Of a DNA stretch of 64,000 nucleotides, positions 49,701-61,700 are shown one piece after another; the stretch's first letter is position 1; each line of letters starts with the position of its first letter. The stretch is from Paraphysomonas bandaiensis (Eukaryota; Protista; Chrysophyceae), in assembly GCA_965644295.1 (NCBI GenBank), contig CBFFRP010000616.1, positions 128,859 to 192,858 on the forward strand. The letters are read 5' to 3'. The translations under genes and the position numbers were made by a program. The notes beneath the pieces were generated by a model, which saw only the letters and a list, made by a program, of their open reading frames with translations, did no database searches and was not told the origin of the DNA.

Positions 49701-52700
49701 TGAAAACTGCAAATGCGGGTATAGCAGGTGTCAGTGGGCATTTAATGTTGTTATCTGGCACTGCAAGTAAAGGCAACAGCGGAAAAATAGCACTAAATAC
49801 AGGTAATGCAAAATCTGGAAGAGGTGGAACGGTATATGTTACAGTTGGTTCCGGTAATAGTGGATCTGGTGGTGAACTAGTGTTATCAGCTGGTACTTCA
49901 TCTTCCCAGAGTGGTGGTCGTTTGACAATTATAAGTGGTTATGGCTCGCGTGGTAGCAGTGGAGCATTGTCTTTGTTGACTGCTAATGCTGGATCATCTG
50001 GTGTGAGTGGTCAATTGGTGTTGAGTACTGGTACTTCTAGTCGAGGCAACAGTGGTTCGTTGTACATTGGCAGTGGATCTTCATCCAGTGGTCGTGGTGG
50101 TTCAGTGTATGTGACAGTAGGATCTGGCAACAGTGGATCAGGTGGAGAGTTGTCATTATCTGCTGGTACTTCATCTTCCCAGAGTGGTGGTCGTTTGACA
50201 ATTGTTTCTGGTTATGGTTCTCGTGGTAGTAGTGGAGCATTGTCTTTGTTGACTGCCAATGCTGGATCATCTGGTGTGAGTGGTCAATTGGTGTTGAGTA
50301 CTGGTACTTCTAGTAGAGGCAACAGTGGTTCGTTGTACATTGGCAGTGGATCTGCATCAAGTGGTCGTGGTGGTTCAGTGTATGTGACAGTAGGATCCGG
50401 CAACAGTGGATCAGGTGGTGAGTTGGCACTATCCGCTGGTACTTCATCTTCCCAGAGTGGTGGTCGTTTGACAATAGTTACTGGGTATGGATCTGTGGGA
50501 AGTAGTGGAGCATTGTCCTTGTTGACTGCTAATGCTGGATCATCTGGTGTGAGTGGTCAATTGGTGTTGAGTACTGGTACTTCTAGTCGAGGCAACAGTG
50601 GTTCGTTGTACATTGGCAGTGGATCTTCATCCAGTGGTCGTGGTGGTTCAGTGTATGTGACAGTAGGGTCCGGCAACAGTGGATCAGGTGGTGAGTTGGC
50701 ATTGTCTGCAGGTACTTCATCTTCCCAGAGTGGTGGCCGTTTGACAATTGTAAGTGGTTATGGTTCTCGTGGTAGCAGTGGAGCGTTGTCTTTGTTGACT
50801 GCTAATGCTGGATCATCTGGTGTGAGTGGTCAATTGGTGTTGAGTACTGGTACTGCTAGTCGAGGCAACAGTGGTTCGTTGTACATTGGCAGTGGATCTG
50901 CATCCAGTGGTCGTGGTGGTTCAGTGTATGTGACAGTAGGATCTGGCAACAGTGGTTCAGGTGGTGAGTTGTCATTATCTGCTGGTACTTCATCTTCCCA
51001 GAGTGGTGGTCGTTTGACAATTGTCAGTGGTTATGGTTCTCGTGGTAGCAGTGGAGCATTGTCTTTGTTGACTGCTAATGCAGGATCATCTGGTGTGAGT
51101 GGTCAATTGGTGTTGAGTACTGGTACTGCTAGTCGAGGCAACAGTGGTTCGTTGTACATTGGCAGTGGATCTGCATCAAGTGGTCGTGGTGGTTCAGTGT
51201 ATGTGACAGTAGGATCTGGCAACAGTGGTTCAGGTGGTGAGTTGATGTTGTCAGCTGGCGAGTCATCATCGGAGAGTGGTGGTCGTTTGACAATTGTCAG
51301 TGGTTATGGTTCTCGTGGTAGTAGTGGAGCATTGTCTTTGTTGACTGCTAATGCAGGATCATCTGGTGTGAGTGGTCAATTGGTATTGAGTACTGGTACT
51401 GCTAGTCAGGGCAACAGTGGTTCGTTGTACATTGGCAGTGGATCTTCATCCAGTGGTCGTGGTGGTTCAGTGTATGTGACAGTGGGATCTGGCAACAGTG
51501 GATCAGGTGGTGAGTTGGCACTATCTGCTGGTACTTCATCTTCCCAGAGTGGTGGTCGTTTGACAATTGTAAGTGGTTATGGTTCTCGTGGTAGCAGTGG
51601 AGCATTGTCGATGTTGACTGCCAATGCTGGATCATCTGGTGTGAGTGGTCAATTGGTGTTGAGTACTGGTACTTCTAGTCGAGGCAACAGTGGTTCGTTG
51701 TACATTGGCAGTGGATCTGCATCAAGTGGTCGTGGTGGTTCAGTGTATGTGACAGTAGGGTCCGGCAACAGTGGATCAGGTGGTGAGTTGGCATTATCTG
51801 CTGGTACTTCATCTTCCCAGAGTGGTGGTCGTTTGACAATTGTCACTGGTTATGGTTCTCGTGGTAGTAGTGGAGCATTGTCTTTGTTGACTGCTAATGC
51901 TGGATCATCTGGTGTGAGTGGTCAATTGGTGTTGAGTACTGGTACTGCTAGTCGAGGCAACAGTGGTTCGTTGTACATTGGCAGTGGATCTGCATCCAGT
52001 GGTCGTGGTGGTTCAGTGTATGTGACAGTAGGATCTGGCAACAGTGGATCAGGTGGTGAGTTGGCACTATCCGCTGGTACTTCATCTTCCCAGAGTGGTG
52101 GTCGTTTGACAATTGTAACTGGTTTCAGTTCAGAGCGATCCAGTGGAGCGTTGTCTTTGTTGACTGCTAATGCTGGATCATCTGGTGTGAGTGGTCAATT
52201 GGTGTTGAGTACTGGTACTGCTAGTCGAGGCAACAGTGGTTCGTTGTACATTGGCAGTGGATCTGCATCCAGTGGTCGTGGTGGTTCAGTGTATGTGACA
52301 GTAGGATCCGGCAACAGTGGATCAGGTGGCGAGTTGTCATTATCTGCTGGTACTTCATCTTCCCAGAGTGGTGGTCGTTTGACAATTGTTACTGGTTATG
52401 GTTCTCGTGGTAGTAGTGGAGCATTGTCTTTGTTGACTGCTAATGCTGGATCATCTGGTGTGAGTGGTCAATTGGTGTTGAGTACTGGAACTTCTAGTCG
52501 AGGCAACAGTGGTTCGTTGTACATTGGCAGTGGATCTGGTGCAAGTGGTCGTGGTGGTTCAGTGTATGTGACAGTAGGATCCGGCAACAGTGGTTCAGGT
52601 GGTGAGTTGATGTTGTCAGCTGGCGAGACATCATCGGAGAGTGGTGGTCGTTTGACAATTATAACTGGTTTCAGTTCAGAGCGATCCAGTGGAGCATTGT

Positions 52701-55700
52701 CTTTGTTGACTGCTAATGCTGGATCATCTGGTGTGAGTGGTCAATTGGTGTTGAGTACTGGTACTTCTAGTCGAGGCAACAGTGGTTCGTTGTACATTGG
52801 CAGTGGATCTGGTGCAAGTGGTCGTGGTGGTTCAGTGTATGTGACAGTAGGATCCGGCAACAGTGGTTCAGGTGGTGAGTTGTCATTATCTGCTGGTACT
52901 TCATCTTCCCAGAGTGGTGGTCGTTTGACAATTGTAAGTGGTTATGGTTCTCGTGGTAGCAGTGGAGCATTGTCTTTGTTGACTGCCAATGCTGGATCAT
53001 CTGGTGTGAGTGGTCAATTGGTGTTGAGTACTGGTACTTCTAGTCGAGGCAACAGTGGTTCGTTGTACATTGGCAGTGGATCTGCATCAAGTGGTCGTGG
53101 TGGTTCAGTGTATGTGACAGTAGGGTCCGGCAACAGTGGATCAGGTGGTGAGTTGGCATTATCTGCTGGTACTTCATCTTCCCAGAGTGGTGGTCGTTTG
53201 ACAATTGTTTCTGGTTATGGTTCTCGTGGTAGCAGTGGAGCGTTGTCTTTGTTGACTGCCAATGCTGGATCATCTGGTGTGAGTGGTCAATTGGTGTTGA
53301 GTACTGGTACTGCTAGTAGAGGCAACAGTGGTTCGTTGTACATTGGTAGTGGATCTGCATCAAGTGGTCGTGGTGGTTCAGTGTATGTGACAGTAGGATC
53401 CGGCAACAGTGGATCAGGTGGTGAGTTGTCATTATCTGCTGGTACTTCATCTTCCCAGAGTGGTGGTCGTTTGACAATAGTTACTGGGTATGGATCTGTG
53501 GGAAGTAGTGGAGCATTGTCGATGTTGACTGCCAATGCAGGATCATCTGGTGTGAGTGGTCAATTGGTGTTGAGTACTGGAACTTCTAGTAAGGGCAACA
53601 GTGGTTCGTTGTACATTGGTAGTGGATCTGCATCCAGTGGTCGTGGTGGTTCAGTATATGTGACAGTAGGATCTGGCAACAGTGGATCAGGTGGTGAGTT
53701 GGCATTATCTGCTGGTACTTCATCTTCCCAGAGTGGTGGTCGTTTGACAATTGTTTCTGGTTATGGTTCTCGTGGTAGCAGTGGAGCATTGTCTTTGTTG
53801 ACTGCCAATGCTGGATCATCTGGTGTGAGTGGTCAATTGGTGTTGAGTACTGGTACTTCTAGTCGAGGCAACAGTGGATCGTTGTACATTGGCAGTGGAT
53901 CTGGTGCAAGTGGTCGTGGTGGTTCAGTGTATGTGACAGTAGGATCTGGCAACAGTGGATCAGGTGGAGAGTTGATGTTGTCAGCTGGCGAGTCATCATC
54001 GGAGAGTGGTGGTCGTTTGACAATTGTAACTGGTTTCAGTTCAGAGCGATCCAGTGGAGCATTGTCCTTGTTGACTGCCAATGCAGGATCATCAGGTGTG
54101 AGTGGTCAATTGGTGTTGAGTACTGGAACTGCTAGTCGAGGCAACAGTGGATCGTTGTACATTGGCAGTGGATCTGGTGCAAGTGGCCGTGGTGGTTCAG
54201 TGTATGTGACAGTGGGATCAGGTGACAGTGGATCAGGTGGTGAGTTGATGTTGTCAGCTGGCGAGTCATCCTCGGAGAGTGGTGGTCGTTTGACAATTGT
54301 AACTGGTTTCAGTTCAGAGCGATCAAGTGGAGCGTTGTCTTTGTTGACTGCTAATGCTGGATCATCTGGTGTGAGTGGTCAATTGGTATTGAGTACTGGT
54401 ACTGCTAGTCAGGGCAACAGTGGTTCGTTGTACATTGGTAGTGGATCTGCATCAAGTGGACGTGGTGGTTCAGTGTATGTGACAGTAGGATCAGGTGACA
54501 GTGGTTCTGGTGGTGAGTTGATGATGTCAGCTGGCGAGTCATCATCGGAGAGTGGTGGTCGTTTGACAATTGTAAGTGGTTATGGTTCTCGTGGTAGTAG
54601 TGGAGCATTGTTTCTGTGGACTGCTAATGCAGGATCATCTGGTGTGAGTGGTCAATTGGTGTTGAGTACTGGTACTTCTAGTAGAGGCAACAGTGGATCG
54701 TTGTACATTGGCAGTGGATCTGCATCAAGTGGTCGTGGTGGTTCAGTGTATGTGACAGTAGGATCTGGCAACAGTGGATCAGGTGGTGAGTTGATGTTGT
54801 CAGCTGGCGAGTCATCATCGGAGAGTGGTGGTCGTTTGACAATTGTAACTGGTTTCAGTTCAGAGCGATCCAGTGGAGCATTGTCTCTGTTGACTGCTAA
54901 TGCTGGATCATCTGGTGTGAGTGGTCAATTGGTGTTGAGTACTGGTACTGCTAGTCGAGGCAACAGTGGTTCGTTGTACATTGGCAGTGGATCTGCATCA
55001 AGTGGTCGTGGTGGTTCAGTGTATGTGACAGTAGGATCTGGCAACAGTGGATCAGGTGGTGAGTTGATGTTGTCAGCTGGCGAGTCATCATCGGAGAGTG
55101 GTGGTCGTTTGACAATTGTAACTGGTTTCAGTTCAGAGCGATCTAGTGGAGCATTGTCTTTGTTGACTGCTAATGCTGGATCATCTGGTGTGAGTGGTCA
55201 ATTGGTGTTGAGTACTGGTACTTCTAGTAAGGGCAACAGTGGTTCGTTGTACATTGGCAGTGGATCTGCATCAAGTGGTCGTGGTGGTTCAGTGTATGTG
55301 ACAGTAGGATCTGGCAACAGTGGATCAGGTGGTGAGTTGATGTTGTCAGCTGGTACTTCATCTTCCCAGAGTGGTGGTCGTTTGACAATTGTAACTGGTT
55401 CTGGATCTGTGGGAAGTAGTGGAGCATTGTCTCTGTTGACTGCTAATGCTGGATCATCTGGTGTGAGTGGTCAATTGGTGTTGAGTACTGGTACTTCTAG
55501 TCGAGGCAACAGTGGTTCGTTGTACATTGGCAGTGGATCTGCATCCAGTGGTCGTGGTGGTTCAGTGTATGTGACAGTAGGGTCCGGCAACAGTGGATCA
55601 GGTGGTGAGTTGGCACTATCCGCTGGTACTTCATCTTCCCAGAGTGGTGGTCGTTTGACAATTGTTTCTGGGTATGGGTCTCAAGGTTCGAGTGGAGCAT

Positions 55701-58700
55701 TGTCTTTGTTGACTGCTAATGCTGGATCATCTGGTGTGAGTGGTCAATTGGTGTTGAGTACTGGCTTCGCATCCTTAGGTAACAGTGGTTCTATATATAT
55801 TGGATCTTCTTCTGCATCTAGTGGTCGTGGTGGTTCAGTGTATGTGACAGTAGGGTCCGGCAACAGTGGTTCTGGTGGTGAGTTGGTGTTGTCAGCTGGT
55901 ACTTCATCTTCCCAGAGCGGTGGACGGCTCTCTATTGTGTCTGGTTATGGTTCCTCAAGAAGTAGTGGGGCCATATCACTACAAACAGCTCCTTCAGGAT
56001 CTTTAGGAGTTAGTGGTCATATTATTTTAAGCACCGGCAGCTCAAGTCGGGGGAACACCGGATCTCTATACATTGGCAGTGGAACTGCGTCAAGTGGTCG
56101 TGGTGGTTCAGTGTATGTGACAGTAGGATCAGGTGACAGTGGATCAGGTGGTGAGTTGATGTTGTCAGCTGGCGAGTCATCATCGGAGAGTGGTGGTCGT
56201 TTGACAATTGTAACTGGTTTCAGTTCAGAGCGATCCAGTGGAGCATTGTCCTTGTTGACTGCTAATGCTGGATCATCTGGTGTGAGTGGTCAATTGGTGT
56301 TGAGTACTGGTACTTCTAGTAGAGGCAACAGTGGTTCATTGTACATTGGCAGTGGAACTGCGTCAAGTGGTCGTGGTGGTTCAGTGTATGTGACAGTAGG
56401 ATCAGGTGACAGTGGATCAGGTGGAGAGTTGATGTTGTCAGCTGGCGAGTCATCATCGGAGAGTGGTGGTCGTTTGACAATTGTTACTGGTTACAGTTCA
56501 GAGCGATCCAGTGGAGCATTGTCCTTGTTGACTGCTAATGCTGGATCATCAGGTGTGAGTGGCCAATTGGTGTTGAGTACTGGTACTGCTAGTAAGGGCA
56601 ACAGTGGTTCGTTGTACATTGGCAGTGGATCTGGTGCAAGTGGTCGTGGTGGTTCAGTGTATGTGACAGTAGGATCCGGCAACAGTGGGTCAGGTGGTGA
56701 GTTGATGTTGTCAGCTGGCGAGTCATCATCGGAGAGTGGTGGTCGTTTGACAATTGTTACTGGTTCTGGTTCTCGTGGTAGTAGTGGAGCATTGTCTTTG
56801 TTGACTGCCAATGCTGGATCATCTGGTGTGAGTGGTCAATTGGTGTTGAGTACTGGTACTGCTAGTCGAGGCAATAGTGGTTCGTTGTACATTGGCAGTG
56901 GATCTGGTGCAAGTGGTCGTGGTGGTTCAGTGTATGTGACAGTAGGATCCGGCAACAGTGGATCAGGTGGTGAGTTGATGTTGTCAGCTGGCGAGTCATC
57001 ATCGGAGAGTGGTGGTCGTTTGACAATTGTTTCTGGTTATGGTTCTCGTGGCAGTAGTGGAGCATTGTCTTTGTTGACTGCCAATGCTGGATCATCTGGT
57101 GTGAGTGGTCAATTGGTGTTGAGTACTGGTACTTCTAGTAGAGGCAACAGTGGTTCGTTGTACATTGGTAGTGGATCTGGTGCAAGTGGTCGTGGTGGTT
57201 CAGTGTATGTGACAGTAGGATCTGGCAACAGTGGATCAGGTGGTGAGTTGATGTTGTCAGCTGGCGAGTCATCATCGGAGAGTGGTGGTCGTTTGACAAT
57301 TGTAACTGGTTTCAGTTCAGAGCGATCCAGTGGAGCATTGTCTTTGTTGACTGCTAATGCTGGATCATCTGGTGTGAGTGGTCAATTGGTGTTGAGTACT
57401 GGTACTTCTAGTCGAGGCAACAGTGGTTCGTTGTACATTGGCAGTGGATCTGCATCAAGTGGTCGTGGTGGTTCAGTGTATGTGACAGTAGGATCCGGCA
57501 ACAGTGGATCAGGTGGTGAGTTGATGTTGTCAGCTGGTGAGTCATCATCGGAGAGTGGTGGTCGTTTGACAATTATAACTGGTTTCAGTTCAGAGCGATC
57601 CAGTGGAGCATTGTCTTTGTTGACTGCTAATGCTGGATCATCTGGTGTGAGTGGTCAATTGGTGTTGAGTACTGGTACTGCTAGTAGAGGCAACAGTGGT
57701 TCGTTGTACATTGGCAGTGGATCTGCATCAAGTGGTCGTGGTGGTTCAGTGTATGTGACAGTAGGATCCGGCAACAGTGGATCAGGTGGTGAGTTGATGT
57801 TGTCAGCTGGCGAGTCATCATCGGAGAGTGGTGGTCGTTTGACAATTGTAACTGGTTTCAGTTCAGAGCGATCCAGTGGAGCATTGTCTTTGTTGACTGC
57901 TAATGCTGGATCATCTGGTGTGAGTGGTCAATTGGTGTTGAGTACTGGTACTGCTAGTAAGGGCAACAGTGGTTCGTTGTACATTGGCAGTGGATCTGGT
58001 GCAAGTGGTCGTGGTGGTTCAGTGTATGTGACAGTAGGATCTGGCAACAGTGGATCAGGTGGTGAGTTGATGTTGTCAGCTGGCGAGTCATCATCGGAGA
58101 GTGGTGGTCGTTTGACAATAGTAACTGGTTCTGGGTCTGTGGGAAGTAGTGGAGCGTTGTCTTTGTTGACTGCTAATGCTGGATCATCTGGTGTGAGTGG
58201 TCAATTGGTGTTGAGTACCGGTACTTCTAGTCGAGGCAACAGTGGTTCGTTGTATATTGGTAGTGGATCTGCATCAAGTGGTCGTGGTGGGTCAGTGTAT
58301 GTGACAGTAGGATCTGGCAACAGTGGATCAGGTGGTGAGTTGGCATTATCTGCTGGTACTTCATCTTCCCAGAGTGGTGGTCGTTTGACAATTGTTTCTG
58401 GTTATGGTTCTCGTGGCAGCAGTGGAGCATTGTCTTTGTTGACTGCTAATGCTGGATCATCTGGTGTGAGTGGTCAATTGGTGTTGAGTACTGGAACTTC
58501 TAGTCGAGGCAACAGTGGTTCGTTGTACATTGGCAGTGGATCTGCATCAAGTGGTCGTGGTGGTTCAGTGTATGTGACAGTAGGATCTGGCAACAGTGGA
58601 TCAGGTGGAGAGTTGATGTTGTCAGCTGGCGAGTCATCATCGGAGAGTGGTGGTCGTTTGACAATAGTTACTGGTTTCAGTTCAGAGCGATCTAGTGGAG

Positions 58701-61700
58701 CATTGTCTTTGTTGACTGCTAATGCTGGATCATCAGGTGTGAGTGGTCAATTGGTGTTGAGTACTGGAACTGCTAGTAAGGGCAACAGTGGTTCGTTGTA
58801 TATTGGTAGTGGATCTGCATCAAGTGGTCGTGGTGGTTCAGTGTATGTGACAGTAGGATCCGGCAACAGTGGATCAGGTGGTGAGTTGATGTTGTCAGCT
58901 GGCGAGTCATCATCGGAGAGTGGTGGTCGTTTGACAATAGTTACTGGTTCTGGAGCTGTGGGAAGTAGTGGAGCATTGTCTTTGTTGACTGCTAATGCAG
59001 GATCATCTGGTGTGAGTGGTCAATTGGTGTTGAGTACTGGTACTTCTAGTCGAGGCAACAGTGGTTCGTTGTATATTGGTAGTGGATCTGCATCAAGTGG
59101 TCGTGGTGGTTCAGTGTATGTGACAGTAGGATCTGGCAACAGTGGATCAGGTGGTGAGTTGGCATTATCTGCTGGTACTTCATCTTCCCAGAGTGGTGGT
59201 CGTTTGACAATTGTTTCTGGTTATGGTTCTCGTGGCAGCAGTGGAGCATTGTCTTTGTTGACTGCTAATGCTGGATCATCTGGTGTGAGTGGTCAATTGG
59301 TGTTGAGTACTGGAACTTCTAGTCGAGGCAACAGTGGTTCGTTGTACATTGGTAGTGGATCTGGTGCAAGTGGTCGTGGTGGTTCAGTGTATGTGACAGT
59401 AGGATCTGGCAACAGTGGATCAGGTGGTGAGTTGGCATTATCTGCAGGTACTTCATCTTCCCAGAGTGGTGGTCGTTTGACAATTGTAACTGGTTTCAGT
59501 TCAGAGCGATCCAGTGGATCATTGTCCTTGTTGACTGCTAATGCTGGATCATCTGGTGTGAGTGGTCAATTGGTGTTGAGTACTGGTACTTCTAGTAAGG
59601 GCAACAGTGGTTCGTTGTACATTGGCAGTGGATCTGGTGCAAGTGGTCGTGGTGGTTCAGTGTATGTGACAGTAGGATCAGGTGACAGTGGATCAGGTGG
59701 TGAGTTGATGTTGTCAGCTGGCGAGTCATCCTCGGAGAGTGGTGGTCGTTTGACAGTTGTAAGTGGATATGGTTCTCGTGGTAGCAGTGGAGCATTGTCT
59801 TTGTTGACTGCTAATGCTGGATCATCTGGTGTGAGTGGTCAATTGGTGTTGAGTACTGGTACTTCTAGTCGAGGCAACAGTGGTTCGTTGTACATTGGTA
59901 GTGGATCTGCATCAAGTGGTCGTGGTGGTTCAGTGTATGTGACAGTAGGATCTGGCAACAGTGGATCAGGTGGTGAGTTGATGTTGTCAGCTGGCGAGTC
60001 ATCATCGGAGAGTGGCGGTCGTTTGACAATTGTTACTGGTTCTGGGTCTGAGGGAAGTAGTGGAGCATTGTCCTTGTTGACTGCTAATGCTGGATTATCT
60101 GGTGTGAGTGGTCAATTGGTGTTGAGTACTGGTACTTCTAGTAGAGGCAACAGTGGTTCGTTGTACATTGGTAGTGGATCTGGTGCAAGTGGTCGTGGTG
60201 GTTCAGTGTATGTGACAGTAGGATCCGGCAACAGTGGATCAGGTGGTGAGTTGATGTTGTCAGCTGGCGAGACATCATCGGAGAGTGGTGGTCGTTTGAC
60301 AATTGTAACTGGTTCTGGATCTGTGGGTAGTAGTGGAGCATTGTCTTTGTTGACTGCTAATGCTGGATCATCTGGTGTGAGTGGTCAATTGGTGTTGAGT
60401 ACTGGTACTTCTAGTAAGGGCAACAGTGGTTCGTTGTACATTGGCAGTGGATCTGCATCAAGTGGTCGTGGTGGTTCAGTGTATGTGACAGTAGGATCAG
60501 GTGACAGTGGATCAGGTGGTGAGTTGATGTTGTCAGCTGGCGAGTCATCATCGGAGAGTGGTGGTCGCTTGACAATTGTAACTGGTTCTGGATCTGTGGG
60601 TAGTAGTGGAGCGCTGTCTTTGTTGACTGCTAATGCTGGATCATCTGGTGTGAGTGGTCAATTGGTGTTGAGTACTGGTACTTCTAGTCGAGGCAACAGT
60701 GGTTCATTGTACATTGGCAGTGGATCTGGTGCAAGTGGTCGTGGTGGTTCAGTGTATGTGACAGTAGGATCAGGCAACAGTGGATCAGGTGGTGAGTTGA
60801 TGTTGTCTGCTGGCGAGTCATCATCGGAGAGTGGTGGTCGTTTGACAATTGTCACTGGTTATAGTTCGGAGCGATCCAGTGGATCATTGTCTTTGTTGAC
60901 TGCTAATGCTGGATCATCTGGTGTGAGTGGTCAATTGGTGTTGAGTACTGGTACTTCTAGTCGAGGCAACAGTGGTTCATTGTACATTGGCAGTGGATCT
61001 GCATCAAGTGGTCGTGGTGGTTCAGTGTATGTGACAGTAGGATCCGGCAACAGTGGTTCTGGTGGTGAGTTGATGTTGTCAGCTGGCGAGTCATCATCGG
61101 AGAGTGGTGGTCGTTTGACAATAGTTACTGGTTCTGGAGCTGTGGGAAGTAGTGGAGCATTGTCTTTGTTGACTGCTAATGCTGGATCATCTGGTGTGAG
61201 TGGTCAATTGGTGTTGAGTACTGGTACTTCTAGTCGAGGCAACAGTGGTTCGTTGTATATTGGTAGTGGATCTGCATCAAGTGGTCGTGGTGGTTCAGTG
61301 TATGTGACAGTAGGATCTGGCAACAGTGGATCAGGTGGTGAGTTGGCATTATCTGCTGGTACTTCATCTTCCCAGAGTGGTGGTCGTTTGACAATTGTAA
61401 GTGGTTATGGTTCTCGTGGCAGTAGTGGAGCATTGTCTTTGTTGACTGCTAATGCAGGATCATCTGGTGTGAGTGGTCAATTGGTGTTGAGTACTGGTAC
61501 TTCTAGTCGAGGCAACAGTGGTTCGTTGTACATTGGCAGTGGATCTGGTGCAAGTGGTCGTGGTGGTTCAGTGTATGTGACAGTAGGATCTGGCAACAGT
61601 GGATCAGGTGGTGAGTTGGCATTATCTGCTGGTACTTCATCTTCCCAGAGTGGTGGTCGTTTGGCAATAGTTACTGGTTTCAGTTCAGAGCGATCCAGTG

